A DNA stretch of 63,302 nt, the filler included, from Atractiella rhizophila (taxonomy: Eukaryota): the NCBI GenBank assembly GCA_021432655.1. It is 3 parts of 3 records of this genome, joined end to end, with 100 filler letters (N's around TTAATTAATTAA, not from the genome) between each part and the next. Parts side by side here need not be neighbours in the genome. Positions count along the whole stretch, not along the records: positions 1 to 28,542 come from MU271491.1; 2 more parts are not named here. The stretch is one strand, 5' to 3'. The position numbers were made by a program, and so were the translations under genes. Below are positions 1 through 13,360 of the stretch, one piece after another. Under the pieces are notes generated by a model. It had not been told where the DNA came from and ran no database searches. It saw only the letters and a list, made by a program, of their open reading frames with translations. The stretch's first letter is position 1. Each line of letters begins with the position of its first letter.

Positions 1-315
1 GCTGCTGATGCTCAGGCTGTGCACGCTGCTATCCCCGGTGCTGCTTCTGATGGAAACGGAGGATTCACCATTCCCTGCACGACGACCGCTGTCCTTTCCA
101 TGACCTTTGGAGGAACCAGCTTCTCGATGCAACCCCAGGATTTGACCTTTGTTCCAGTTGACCAGAATAATCTTACCGGTGACTGCGTGTCCTCGATCTC
201 TGCTGGAAACATCGGAGGCGACACTGAGTGGCTCGTTGGAGATGCCTTCTTGAAGAACGTGTACTACGCGACGGATGTGGATAACAACCAGTTGGGATTG
301 GCTGTCGCTCTTTAA
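1..315 (+). CDS. Aspartic (pepsin-like, A1) protease, C-terminal part, 5'-truncated by the window
   Basis: Open from base 1; ...FTIPC...CVSSI...WLVGDAFLKNVYYATDVDNNQLGLA matches the WILGD.FL...Y..FD.....GLA C-terminus of pepsin-family proteases. Confidence 0.9.
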   Translation, partial: AADAQAVHAAIPGAASDGNGGFTIPCTTTAVLSMTFGGTSFSMQPQDLTFVPVDQNNLTGDCVSSISAGNIGGDTEWLVGDAFLKNVYYATDVDNNQLGLAVAL

Positions 316-743
316 GCGTTGCATTGCGTTCTGAGAACGTTATGTGATGCGATGCGATATGCGTTTGTTGATGGATGATTAGGAGGGAGGAAAGGAAAAG
401 TGGACATTCTGTCAACGAATGAGGTGCTTTGTCCTTGTGTGTACTAAAAGGGAATGGAAGGAAGTTGTCTCCCCCCACTTTCTAAGGAACCCAGCGACAC
501 CATCCCACGCCCGAAGTCTCGTGTAAAAGAAACCAGTTCAACTACTCTGCTCTTGTTCGGGCCGTTCCCTGTCTCAGATTAATGGATGTTATTACAATTA
601 TTAGTACCTGTTAAACAGCTCGTAGAAATGACGAGGGTCCATCTAACCTCAACTTCATACAGATTCATGCCTGAGCTTAGGAGGTTACAGTTGGAAGAGA
701 TGCCGACTATGTCGAACCTAGATACCTCACCTTGACACTCTGA

Positions 744-1600
744 ATGAACGACTGGAGCGCTGTCACCTCTAGCTTCAAACTTCACCCATTGCCGCCTGAC
801 GCTGAGCTACCCCAACCTTCCTCTCTTCAACTACTATCAATGCAACCCCATCAGCATGCATCAGGTTTTCTCGCTCTCTCCTATCATCTCTCCGTTAGTC
901 TGTCCTCTCATCCAGTCAACTATCAATCACCTCCCGCGGGGTTCAATCCCTTTTCATATTCAAGACTTCGATTCTTGGCTCAATTCGGGACACAGTGGGA
1001 GTCTCAGTTTGAAGGTAGACACCCTGTGTTCTGGTTTGGGGACAGAAAGATGAGGGACAGTTAAGGGAATCATTTGCTCTGAAGGCTTACAACGGCGCAG
1101 AAGAAACTGGGAACCCATTCTATCTGATTGAGCTTTGGTTCGTTTTTCGTATGTTATTGTTCTAGATTCTGTTGGAACATGAGTTCAAGACAATACAGCT
1201 TTTCGCAGCTACTGCACACCCGTGCGATCAGCGAACCAGAATGCACTTTTTGGACGGAGATAAATAGACCTGGATGAATGGCAATGACTTATAGCAGAGA
1301 ACAAGCAATAGTTGAGAACAAAGACATCGGAATCAACTGCTCCTTTGTCGATGATGAGAAGGTTGACAGCTGGTCTGCAGAACCTGCAAGTCCTGGATGA
1401 TTAATGCTGCACCCTTGCCAGTTCTTGGATCCCCGTCAGTCACGAGACGTCATAGCATCGTTTTGGCAATCTTATGACTATGTTGTATCTGCCGTTGTCA
1501 TCAGGCATGGTACAACAAATTTACAAGGATATAGAAAGCGTTCTTTCAGCATGAGATTTAAATTGGATCTCAAAAGACAAGGAACTTAACAAACAAAGGG
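744..1600 (+). pseudogene. Decayed orphan gene
   Basis: Coding-like frames interrupted by a frame change near 1060, a GTTCGT..CAG intron-like segment and in-frame TGA stops; no family recognised. Confidence 0.3.
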
Positions 1601-1882
1601 ATCTGGGCTGGAACTCGCTCCAATAAGTTGGAAATGTCTTGACTTAAAGTGTTTATGCCCATAAGCACACAAACGCACAAAGGAGTGAGCTCCCAAAGGA
1701 ATGCATAAAAGGCAGCTTGGAAGGTCGCTTCGTCGTACTTTGCTTACACAAACATTAGTCCATCAGTAACGAGCTTCGAATCCTCCCAAAATGCCTTGGC
1801 TTGACTTGCATCCATTATACTCGAGCAGAATCACGAAGTCAAAAAGATGGTTTGTTATCCCAGCTTGACAGTTCGGTAGATC

Positions 1883-3380
1883 ATGTTCTGTAGGGTTGCA
1901 CCGAAAAGGCGAGTTGCTGTCGAGGAAGACACCTGGTATGACCCGAATCTCTACCCACATTATCACGCAAGCGATGCAACGTTATACCCTTGGACATCTT
2001 CAACCTTTCCTCGTCCTCCAGACAGCGACATCGATAGACATTTACAGACGCGGTTGCGTGCTAAACACAGAGCTCAACAACGTAGCGATCCACCTGTAGG
2101 AAATATCTATGGCTTTAGTGAAGGAGTGGAACCTGTGTATGGACCAGAAAGGCCGCGCAGCGAACTACATCGTGAGTTGGCCAACTGATCAGAAAGCGGA
2201 ATTTCTCTCACTGACGTCCACTTTTCGTAGCCAGAAGAATTATACAGAGAAACATTAGGGCGTTCCCTCGTCTGGGACGTTGGGGCTAGAGGATGAAATC
2301 TTGGGACGTTTTAATGATTGAAATGCACACCCATATGACGATGAAGCCCTATTCATTTACAATCCACAAAACTTTCACAAAGTGCGGCCTAGATTCTGTA
2401 GGATATGTGGTCCTTTTTCCTCCTCATCAAGTGAAAGAAAGTGCAATCATTTAAGATCATTCTGTCACACAATGCCACGGAGACTTTCTGTGATGAGTCA
2501 CCCATGCATTCTCCACCCGTTTCGCAAATGCGAAGCTATCCCATCTTCCGCATTGCTACATCTGCATGAAGCAAGACCTTCATAGACCTTGCTACATTGT
2601 CGATGCACAGAGTTGTCGTATGCCACTTAAAATGTCCTGAATCTCCGTGTTAGGCCAAACAGCTACTGGAACAGTAAACAGAAAACGAAACGCCAGATCA
2701 CCATGAATTATGTTGAAGATGACAATTCAAAGGTGAGATATCTGAAGCAAGGAAGCCGAGCAAGCTGACCAAATTCTAGTATTCCAAACGCCCCTCACGG
2801 GAAGGAAACATCATGAACAAGGGTAAAGATATTCCTTTGATGTCCCCATATCTGACACAAGCAAAGGGATCACATCCCGTCGTTCGAAACAGGCTCGCAA
2901 GATCATCATCGCCGCCGTGTTCCCAGAATTTTACACGATGGATGAAGTAGATCAACTCTATGATATCGTCGATGAAGAGCGTGACGTGAATCATCGTTGG
3001 GACGGTACTCCTAACACAATGCCACACTTCGACCGATTCGGCTGGAAGCTGAAGGCAGGGGACTATGAAGCAGTACGATGGGCAGGATCTCGCCCCATGG
3101 ATGTTCATCGCGGTGTTCCCTGGTGGCTTGTCAATGTTATATGGTCATTATTAAACGAGTTGCCGGAAGATTGCATGGATCATCTTGTGGAGTGCTCGAA
3201 AGTTCATTTTGTGATCAACAGAACAGTGTCTATGTTTCAACCGACAATCAGGAGGTAATGAAAGATTCGCTTTCCGGAATTGAAAATATTGCTGGTGATA
3301 TGTCTTACGCGTGGATTTGGTAGCTTGGCAGGGTATCCGAAGTACTGAGCGCTTGCGGAACACCATACCACATCATTACG
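1883..3380 (+). pseudogene. Decayed multi-exon orphan gene
   Basis: Exon-like ORFs 1883-2188 and 2917-3258 with GTGAGT/CTGAC/TAG introns; intervening exon frame reads QKNYTEKH*GVPSSGTLGLEDEILGRFND*NAHPYDDEALF (stops at 2256 and 2319), with more stops downstream. Confidence 0.5.
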
Positions 3381-4242
3381 TGCACGAACTGCTGCGGATC
3401 AAATAACGTCGAGGAATCGAATCCCCTCCTCTGTTTGCCTACCGGAAGATGCCCTTGTGGTAACGAGAGATTCAGACACTTTCCGCTGTGAAGCAGCACA
3501 AGCGCGGCAACAGATGTCAATCGACACGATCCGAAGTATTGTATGTTGAACTTCTTCGATGAAGGAAGGTTAGTTGCTCTCGTTCTTCTATAAGCATGAA
3601 TGCTTGATTTACAGCTGGATTGGAAGACAAACCCCTTCACTGAGTAGGCGAGTTTTGGCCTTCAAATACTCGGTGACAGCAGAATACTGATATTTCTGTG
3701 CCAGTGCAAAACCTTAAAATTGACGCCAAAGTTCCCAAGCACGGGATAGGAGAAAGAAGGCTCAGCCCTTTGGTTACGTCGAACGCAGCTAGCGTGAGAG
3801 ACTTCGACCAACTACAAGGAATTCTAAGGAATTCCTTATTTATCCTCATCCACCCCCGTCTCATGATCCTCTTCCTCCTCCTTCCTTCTCATACGGTGTC
3901 ATTTCGGCTACAATTCCACAGAGGTCGCCATATTCTCCTTATTTGTAAGACTCGACTGTCCACAGACTAGAAGACGCGGAATGTGGGATTCACTGGGAAT
4001 CTGCCGCCCATTTCTCGCGCAGGGACCTTTTCCAATCGCAGTAACTATTCTCTGAGATGCTCAAGGCTGTTGGTGCTGCGTCCTTCCCACGAGCTCTCAT
4101 AACAGACTGTTCATACTCAGATTCGAGACCATTCAATATTCGTTCGCAACTGAGACGCAAGTCGGAAGCATCCTGACATCGCACGACAGGAAGTGTTGCA
4201 GAAAGGATACTCCAGCAAAGGTCAGGCCTTTCGAAAAAGAAC

Positions 4243-6084
4243 ATGGCTTCAGTTGATGCAGAGGGAGAAAAGCTTAACATCATTGTGATGTGCACACCCA
4301 GCTGGGTTAAGATCCCTCTTTATCACCTGAGACAAAGTGCTCATAGATACTGATGAGCAGGGGCATGCTCGTCCACTTCCCACACTCGCAGCTACAGTCT
4401 CCTGCATATTCAACTACCACATCACATTTCTAGCCCATCCCGATCTTCGTCCCCAAACTGAATACAGAGTTGGAAGTCTCCTGCACCTTGTCGCCGTCGG
4501 TCGTTCCGAATCGACGAAAGAAGATCGAGCAGCAAGCGACAACTTTGTCTCACATCACAATCGGATTTGTACGTCGCTTTAGAAGGCGTGCTGAGCGCCG
4601 TTGCAGATGAGAAAGAATGGATCGATGCGAACGGGACTAGACATGATCTGACAGGTTTCGGACGGCTTTGCTGTATCTGGGAGGATATATTCGGTGGTGC
4701 AGCTAGTACTAGACTGAGGAAGGTTGGAAAGCATGCCTTGCCGATACTAGGATGGGTAGTCACGACAGTTCATGCTTTGATAGGGTATGTTTAGTAGTCA
4801 ACGGCTGATAGTATTTGGAAGGACGGTTGCTCCACCTGAGTTTGGGGGACAAGCAAACATTATCGATGATGCAGTGGAAGTGTTCAATCGCCCTGAGAAG
4901 AGGTGCGGACGAGGGTTTAGATGAGATTGCCGCGGAAGTGCGCTTTTCCGTTTTCAACAGCTGGGGTAATTACTTAACAAGAAAGTAGTTTATGTTTGAC
5001 AACCCTAGAAGACCAGATAACCTCATCAATACTCCTGGTCTTGACACTATCTACGAATGGGAAACCACACCGCAAGAACCTGATATTCCAAAAGACGGAG
5101 AGAAGATCATGTCACGACTTTTCGAGCTGGATAGGGATGCGGATGGCTTGATAATGCAAACAATTGAAGAATATTTGAGCCTCTTTTTCCTTGCTCTTGC
5201 GAAAATCGATAGTCTGGACTGACGATGTAGGAACCATCCCGGTGCTCTTGTTGCTGGCCAAAGCATCTTGGGAAAGGAAGGGAGTCGTCGGTTGTTTCTC
5301 GTTGGTGCCCAACAAGCCTCCATCGTATGGGAAGCTGGCGACTTGAAGAGTGACGTTACTCTTGGACGACCCCCGGCGAGGTTGAGTGCCGATAGAGAGG
5401 CCCTCAAACTTATGGATCGCTGTGAGATTGAATATGGCGCAGAAAGTGTTTTGTACATAAACTTTGGTAGCTTCTTTTGGCCGTACGTTTTGTGCCTCCC
5501 GCATGATCACTTTCATTGACAACTGTGTGAGAAGGACCCAGCATCCAGAAATTGTCGAAGACCTCATCGAGGCGCTATTGTCAATCTCTCCGCCGCTTCC
5601 TTTTCTCTTCGCCCTTTCTTCGCCACTTGCCAACCTCTCTCCATCTCTCAGCGCACACATCAAGACCTCGCCGCAATGTCTCTTCCTTCCCTGGGTTCCC
5701 CAGACACTCATCCTCCAGCACAGCGCCTTAGGCTTTTTTCTCACGCATGGAGGCATGAACTCCGTCACAGAAGCGCTGATATATTCCGTCCCCATGATCT
5801 TGCTCCCTTTGCATGGCGATCAGGGAACAAATGCGATCCTCCTCTCATCTCCTAAACATTTTGACACTGGCATAGAATTGCTGCAATTTCGCACTGGGGC
5901 AGCTTTGAAGAATGGACTAGCATACAAGGGTGGAGGAACAAGAATTGAAGGAACGAGGACTGCGAGAAGGAAGGAGTTGAAGGATGTGATTGAGAGGATG
6001 AGGTCCGGTGCGGAAGCGGACAAAACGAAGAGGAAACAGCGTAAAGGAAGGTGGGAGCGCGTGGAAGGATTTTCAGGAACTTGA
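4243..6084 (+). pseudogene. UDP-glycosyltransferase (GT1), frameshifted pseudogene
   Basis: N-terminal PSWGHARP, YINFGSFFWP and the UDPGT signature WVPQTLILQHSALGFFLTHGGMNSVTEALIYSVPMILLPLHGDQ; frameshift near 4550, an abnormally short intron near 4786, AT instead of GT donor at 5171. Confidence 0.8.
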
Positions 6085-6652
6085 CAGGTGGATGAGAAAG
6101 AAGGCAACTTGAAGTGTCTGTGATGTTCCATTGAAAAATAACATTGTCAATGTATGTTTCAATTATACCATTTTCAGCAGTGCAGGATTCTAATTCCGTT
6201 TCCTTGACATATCCGAAAACTGCTCTACACCCGAAGAAACGTCACAGGATGACTGGACATTCTTATGTCCTTCGTCATTCGAGTTCTCAAATCATCGCCG
6301 TAAGCGTCACTGAGTGTTATCACTTGTTCCACCTTGTGAAATTAAGAGCAGTACTTACTCAATGCTCAGTTCAACCGAGCTCACGGGTCATCGGCACTTT
6401 GCAACGGCGAGGAAGAACACTTCTTCTTTATTTTCGTCAAGTTCGAATGCCCTCTTAAGCTCAATCAGATTATCTTACATCGGGAGAGAGGCTGATGGTG
6501 CCAGAGTGTGGGCTTCCTCGGGGACGGAGTCAGCTGGCGAAGGTTGCTCTCTCTTCTCTTGCATTGGCTGCTGTAGTACGTGCTGTTGACCGCTCCGAAT
6601 ATCAGAGATGATCGATCAGAGCGACAGTCCACACCTTGCGGTGTCGCAAAGC

Positions 6653-6658
6653 GCCAAG
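6653..6658 (+). promoter_or_regulatory. GCCAAG (PacC/Rim101 GCCARG-type site) upstream of paralog 1
   Basis: ~97 bp before the ATG, followed by GTATAAAA; same hexamer at a similar distance in paralogs 2 and 3. Confidence 0.4.
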
Positions 6659-6749
6659 TGTCCTCGCTCCGTAAGAGGCGGTATAAAACCACAACCTCCT
6701 CACTATCCTTCTTTCCCATAGATTTTCATGCTTAATATCGAGAGTGGAA

Positions 6750-8328
6750 ATGTCATCAATCCTAGCACCTCCCACCGAATCCTTTGGTCACCAGCAGAAT
6801 GCCTCCTCTGCATCGTCGATCTATAATGAGGAGGTTTCAGAGGAACTGGCTGCTGAGCCTGAGCAGCAAGAACTCGAAGCTGCAGCTGAACTGGTATGCC
6901 TTCCTCTGCACTGGTCTCAGAACTGAGGGATGGTGATATAGCAAGCGATAGAATCTGCTCCAGCTATGCTTCACATACCTCCTCCTCCTCCTTCATGGTC
7001 CTCTCCGAAGTTAGCAAAGCCAATTGTCATCCCAGAACAAACGTATGTCTGCTCCATCCCCATCTTTCCCTTGAGGGCAGCGGTAACAAAGAGGACACAG
7101 TGGACAGTTTGGCGCTCCGTTTTCTAGGTGCTATCCTCCTTCATTGGAACTCTTCCGGGTTGGAAAGGACGAGTTTGTAGGCAAGTACATCTCTGAGTGG
7201 AGGAGACTGCATTGAGACAAGGAAGAAGACATGATCGATCGCCTCAACAAAGTTTGGGCCCCTTCTGGTTTCTGTAAGCTCGCGCTATCTGCATGTGCCG
7301 TTCTTTTGCTCACATAAAATCATAGGGAGAAACGTTGACGTCGCCGGAAACGTTGCTCTATCTGTGCCTGAACCATCTCTCTTCGTCCTTGGTACATGTC
7401 CTCTAGACCAAATCAACCAATTACTCAATGAGAACGCGAGACAGGGATCACGCTCTCGGGCGTCGCTCAGACGGCGCTTCGAGTGTCTCAAGCCCGAGCC
7501 TCAAATGCCTTTCTGAAGGTGTTGAATGACGGCTACTTCAAGCAAAGGGGATTACGTGTGAAAGTGGTAGGCTCGAAGAAGGTGAAAAAGCTTTTAAAGG
7601 CGGATAACTGGAACGACAACATCAAGATGGACCTCGACTTCAATGTCAACTCCCAGGCACCCTCCTCTCAACCTTCCTCAGTTCACACCTCAGCACTCTC
7701 CGAAAAATCGATGGATCAAGGACCAGTCATCGCTGATGCAGATGTGCCTCCGGCATATAACCAGCCTGGTTCTCACCAAAACTACTATGCGGATGAAAAA
7801 ATCATGCACTCTGGTCCCGAGTCGATTTCATCGGACGACGATCACACAAGCTTGAACATAACACATCCTATCAGTCATCCAGCTGCTGAACCGTCCTTCA
7901 ACTCCCTCGCCTCCACTTTCACACCCTCAACTGGGCCGAAAGACCCCAACGCATGGGCGAAAAAACGCATGGAAGCTTTGGGGGCTGTTGTTGAGTTGTT
8001 GGAGTTCGAAGGCGTGGCAGCCCCACCTGCATCTGCCGCTGCAGAGGAGAAGAAGTTGGCTAGCAAATTTGCAAATTTACAGGCTAGGATGCTAAGAAGA
8101 AGTTACAACGGCATGCAGGGGACGTTGGAAAAGAGCGTGCAGGAGGCCGAACGGAAGGCAGAGAAAGAGGTCGATGGGAAGAAGAGAGAAAAGGCATTGG
8201 TTAAGGCTGGAAAACAGAGGGAGAAGCTGAATGAGAAAGCTAATAAGGAGACAGAGAGACTAGAGTGGATCATTATCCTTAATGTTGATGATATCGAAGG
8301 ATGGCGGATTCTGGACGCGAAGAAGTGA
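6750..8328 (+). CDS. Uncharacterised fungal family protein, paralog 1
   Basis: Spliced model PIVIPEQT-GQFGAPFSRCYP-DMIDRLNKVWAPSG-...NAFLKVLNDGYFKQRGLRVKVVG...KANKETERLEWIIILNVDD; same motifs and intron positions as the paralogs at 10969 and 14974. Confidence 0.85.
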
Positions 8329-9324
8329 AATGATATGAATCGGCCTCTCGTTGGATGCATTTATAATGTCAGATGTTAGCTGTTGAATCAGCATGTATTG
8401 TAGACTTGAAAAGAATATCTCTAGTGTCCACATCGCATCCTGTCACCGTCAAAGAAGGAAGGTCCATTTTTTACAACACGCAGTCGCTAACCAGACTTAT
8501 TTCTAGCTTCCTATCTCCCTTTATCCCCCAATGAACGATCAATGACATGCGCAATTCATATCAAACTTCAGCACAGACACTGCGCTACACGTCTGAGCCG
8601 CATGTGCAGAAGGAACGTTCTGATAACTACTGAATTGCTCAACAGATGAAATTATGCCTGCCTTATCTGCACCGTGATCAATCGTGCAACCTGAAGTAAA
8701 GCTCGTTGCTCCAGGGTTCAAAACTAACAATAAATATGGGGGGAAAGGGGACTTGCTGGTGCTGTATAGCAATCTGCCATTGGATTCCTCCAGTCTCATC
8801 TCCAGCTGGGTTGGCTCTAATTACTACAGCAGGACATCATAAGCACTAGATGCGCGTAGTAGGGCGGTGGATATTAACTGAGTGAGTCTCTGAGAAGGTC
8901 ACAGTTTTCTTGTGTATCTTGCCTTCTTCGGCTTCTCGACTCGGATGGGAAGCGATTCCGCCGGAGACAAGAACAACGGGTTGTCTCCATCTAGGATATA
9001 TGCCAAATAACTAGCTGGGAGTTTCAAATACCGCTCAAATGGCCTTTGAAAATTTCAGGTGGTATAGCCAACCAATCTGAATGTGTCGTGTTGGGTAGGA
9101 GATTTCGATAGAAAAGCTAGATAAAATCGTGCTGAAGGTGTGCTTTTCTTCCTCTCCCAGAAGAAGAACCGAGGTACAACCGCAAAACGAGGGATACTTC
9201 GCAGTTTTCTTCTGTCATTAGTCGAGTTTAGTGTGATGTTGGACTGTTCGTAACTTTTGGCCATTGCTATCACAAAATCGACGTGATTGGTGCAAGAGAT
9301 TGTTTGAACCTCACAGGATACTAC

Positions 9325-9437
9325 GTGAAAAGCGATCTTTTGTGCGAAAGCGCGATGTCTTATGCGAAGAGCGCTGTTTCATCACGCGAAGTGCGATGTT
9401 TCTGGCGAAGAGCGATGTTCTATGCGAGGAGCGATGT
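9325..9437. repeat. Degenerate tandem repeat, 6 units, consensus GCGAAGAGCGATGT, period 19-22 bp
   Basis: Units start at 9325, 9344, 9364, 9386, 9405 and 9424. Confidence 0.75.
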
Positions 9438-9952
9438 TTTTACTAGCCGCAGTTGACATTCTACAACGGCATAAGGGATGTGAATATGCAGGCTCTCCTC
9501 CTCATGATCGCTTGTCATTTATGCTAAACTTGCAGTCAACAGGAGAGCCCAGATAAACTGTCTGCGAATGGTCCAACTGCCGTATGTGCTCAAAGGCTTA
9601 CCTCCTGAGAGATGCGGTGATGGATCACCTGGTGGACTCACATTTATGCAGTCGGTCCACTTAACTGCCTCTAACTTATGCAATCCCTTTGTTTTGCAGA
9701 ATATGCCTACGAATGCGGTGTACATGTGAGCCAGGTATCAACAGAGCTACACCGGGTCAACTGATTGCACGATCGAGCACAATGAACAGATCGGTGTAGT
9801 CAAACCCATAGGGAGTGCTGTCTTGGTCATCGTCCAGCATCCAGCATGTTCGTACGATCAGAATGAGTTACTTCTGTTCACATCTCATACAACTCACAGG
9901 GATGGAGGTATTCGTGTAATGGGGCTGCGCATTTGTTTCCACCTCCAACACT

Positions 9953-10676
9953 TCAAAAAAGACGATGACGATTTATCAGATGGTGACACCTAGTATCCTC
10001 CTGTCGATTCTTTGATCGCCAAACATTAGGTGATATCTGGGTTTGAGAAGCAGTCGGAGCAGAAAGCTGCTGTTGTTGCTGAAAAGGGGGTAGAGTGCAT
10101 TCAGAGGGTGATGGAGTGCGTATGCGGTCCGTTATCAATTGTGAAAGCAGAGAGTGAGTGAAAACACGATGCAAACAATGTGGAGGACAGGAGTGTAAGT
10201 AGCTTTCTTTCCCTCGTGCTTTGGCTAGGTCTAACTTCTTAGCAATATTCGAAGGAGTCATCAGCTTCTTGAACTCTTACGCCGCGGAGACAGCTCCAAA
10301 TATTCGTTACCGGTTAGGTGTTAGACGTCACCGCGTCAGCTGTCCCGTTTATCCTGATCCATACATATCTCGTCACTGAGTAAGAAGCTGGAGCGCTGAG
10401 GGGAAGTTTGAGGAATCGAGAGCGTTTTCCGTCCATTCCCTTTAGCATTTCCTTGATGCCTCGCACGAATACCTCTTCAGCCATGTCTATTAAGCTAGTA
10501 AAGCTGGAATGTATTGGACTATTTGAACTGAGATTGTATATTTCAATTGTCCAAGAATGTTTGTGAGGGAAAGTGTCTTCGTATTTCCAGACAATAACAC
10601 AAGACGATAATGCATCCTCCGGATTGCGAAAGATCCGTCTGCTGGTCACCTTTGCCCAGAATGGATGAAAAGACAT
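9953..10676 (-). CDS. Hypothetical or decayed orphan gene
   Basis: 120-aa ORF (10314-10676) of protein-like composition followed by intron-like segments and a further ORF; no recognisable domain. Confidence 0.25.
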
Positions 10677-10886
10677 CGCCTCTCGACGCCGATGGGACTG
10701 CGACTTTTTAGCAGCGCTGCAGCGGAAAGGTGAGTCTTCCCGGGAGCTCCTTTACATAATTTCGGCCTATTCTCTTAAAGTCCCCACTGTTATAAGTATC
10801 AGTGTGTGATAACCAAAGACCATCTCTTTAGTAGACAGTGTAGGACACAAAAAGCCCGCTTGCTATAAGTGGTGAAACGCTCAAAC

Positions 10887-10892
10887 GCCAAG
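10887..10892 (+). promoter_or_regulatory. GCCAAG site upstream of paralog 2
   Basis: 82 bp before the ATG; context CGCCAAGTG is identical to paralog 1. Confidence 0.4.
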
Positions 10893-10968
10893 TGCATCCC
10901 CTCAAAAGCACCTCCCGGCGAGCCAACTTGACGACGACCTTCAAGTTGAGAACACGCGAACGAGCGCA

Positions 10969-13229
10969 ATGATCCTCCCAGAATCTCCTACCGCTTCAGA
11001 CAGCAAGCCCTACCCACCTCCACCCTCTCTCTCTCTCCCACCTGCTGCACCATCCTACCACAGCCATCCTCACGCGCATCACTCGTCGACGTATCCACCA
11101 GCTTCCCCTTCGCACTACCAGCATCAGCATCGCTCTCCATCCCCAAACCCATTCCACCAAAACGAGCAGGAGGACGAGCAGATCGCAAACGCCGTATTCT
11201 CACCTTCTTATGAAGCAGAAGTCGAAAGAGCGGCTGAACAGGAGGCTATCGATTCCCCTCCTATACTCCTCAGTGCTCCAGATCCACCACCGGGTTGGAG
11301 TCCGCCGAGCTTGAGGAGACCCATCATCATTCCTGAAGTCACGTTCGTCCTCTTTCTCCTTTTTTTCATCCAAAAACGTGGTCTGACGATAGAATGATGG
11401 ATTATGTTGGATCAGCGGCCAGTTTGGGGCGCCTTTCTCCCGATGCTTCCCACAGATATTGGACCTGTTTCAAGTGAACAAGGCCGAATTCATTGGTGCG
11501 TATCCCTCTTCTTCATTTCCTCCCGTGACATCTCCTCATGTTGTCTATGTGTTGGGACAACAGACATGATAGACCGCCTCAACAAAGTCTGGGCTCCATC
11601 AGGCGTCTGTACGTCTCCTTCTCACCCTCCTTTCCCCTTGCTCCTCCGGAGAGAAAGGTATTAGAAAGCTGATAAGACTTTGGACAGGGAACAACCTAGA
11701 CGTGGCCGCAAATGTCATCGGGCTGGTCCCAGAAGTAACATTCATGGTCGTTGGTAGGCTTTAATCTGAACCCTCTCAGAATGGGTAAAAATAACATGAC
11801 CGAAAAAGGCATCTCCCTCCAAGTGGTGGCACAAACGGCCCTGCGAGTATCGCAAACGAAAGCGACAAACGCCTTCTTAAAGCGTCTGAACGAAGAGTAC
11901 TGGAAGAAGCGCGGGCTGAGGGTCAAAGTGGTCGGTAGCAAGAAGGTCAAGAAGCTCCTAGGCTTGAAGGTTTGGGACGACAACATCGACTTTTTGCCTT
12001 CTCCTTCATCTCCGTCCCCTTCTGCTTCCTTCTCAAACATCAATCAGAGCCTGGATGGGAGACGAGGCGGAGAGACCACGCCAACCTCTTCAGATCAGCG
12101 CCGACGACCACCTTGGCACCAGGAATCTGCTCCTCCCCAGATGATGGGCAGTAGTGCAAGTGTGAGGAGGACTGAATATGAACACGGGTACGGGATGGAA
12201 GGAGCGGAAAGATCGATGGAGAGGATGTCTTTCTCAGATAGCAAGTATCAAGACAACGCTCCTCCCCTCCCCACTCGTCCCAGCCCCAGACAACCGCCTT
12301 CACCATCCTACTATGATCAACAACAAGGCTACTCTCAGACGAATCCACGCCTCTCGTCCTTCAGCCAGAGATCAACCTCCGAAAAAGTCTCTGCCGCCTA
12401 TTACGCCGATTGGACCTCGTCCGCTTCCTCCTCTCTACCTAGTTCAGAAGGATGGAATACGAACTATACTTCGGCTCCTGGCACTACCCTATCACCAAGA
12501 AACACCATGGAATACGTTTACCCCGACGAGAAAAAGGAGATGGGAGGTAGCGGGTTCATGCCTCCATCTCCGAACCCTCATAATCCATCGTACCAGATGC
12601 GCGCCCCATCCCCCAACCCTCCAAGGCATCCCTCCTCTCTCTCGTACACAGGAAGCAACGCGAGCGGGTCCTATACCACCTCTCCACCTTCGAGCAGGGA
12701 TAACAGTTTCGGTACCTCTGCTTCGCCTTTTGGCGGTTCGCGCCACGGCGGCTCGTTCAGCCACCAGACGACGTATTCGTCCATGACTTCCGTCGGGAGC
12801 ACTTCCTCATTCGCTTCCTCCTCCTCCTCCTCCACTCAAGGCGGGAAGGACGTGAATGCTTGGGCGAAGAGGAGGATGGCAGCTATCGGGGATATTGTGG
12901 AACCTTTGGACTTCGATAGCATCGCCCCTTTGCCTGTGAAGAAAGAGAATGTGGGGAAGAAGGCGGTGAATAAGTTTGAAGACTTGCAGTTGAGGGCTTT
13001 GAGGCAAAATTTCAATGGGATGCAGGGTAGGTTGGAGAAGAGAGTGGCAAAGGCAGAGGAGAAGTTAGATTTAGAGGAGAATGGGAAGAAGAGGGAGAAG
13101 TTGGAGAAAAAGGCTCAGAAGCAGAGGGATAAGTTGAACAAGAGGGCTAATAAGGAAACGGAAAAGTTGAGCTGGATAGTCATACTCCCTATCGCTGATA
13201 AGGACGGATGGAAGATCTTGGATAAATAG
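10969..13229 (+). CDS. Uncharacterised fungal family protein, paralog 2 (long S/P/Y-rich insert)
   Basis: PIIIPEVT-GQFGAPFSRCFP-DMIDRLNKVWAPSG-...NAFLKRLNEEYWKKRGLRVKVVG...NAWAKRRM...RANKETEKLSWIVILP. Confidence 0.85.
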
Positions 13230-13360
13230 ACATAGATCTTTGGCTGTAGATTGGCTCACCCTGTACTTGTATTTGGATTCGCTTTCTACGGAATCATTAG
13301 AACACAGTGGATTTAATTATTGGAGCAATAATACAAATCAAAACCACGAGAGATACAACA

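Noticed and set aside
9325..9437. Repeat array as a CRISPR
   Set aside because: Eukaryotic context, degenerate 14-bp units, spacers only 4-8 nt, no cas genes
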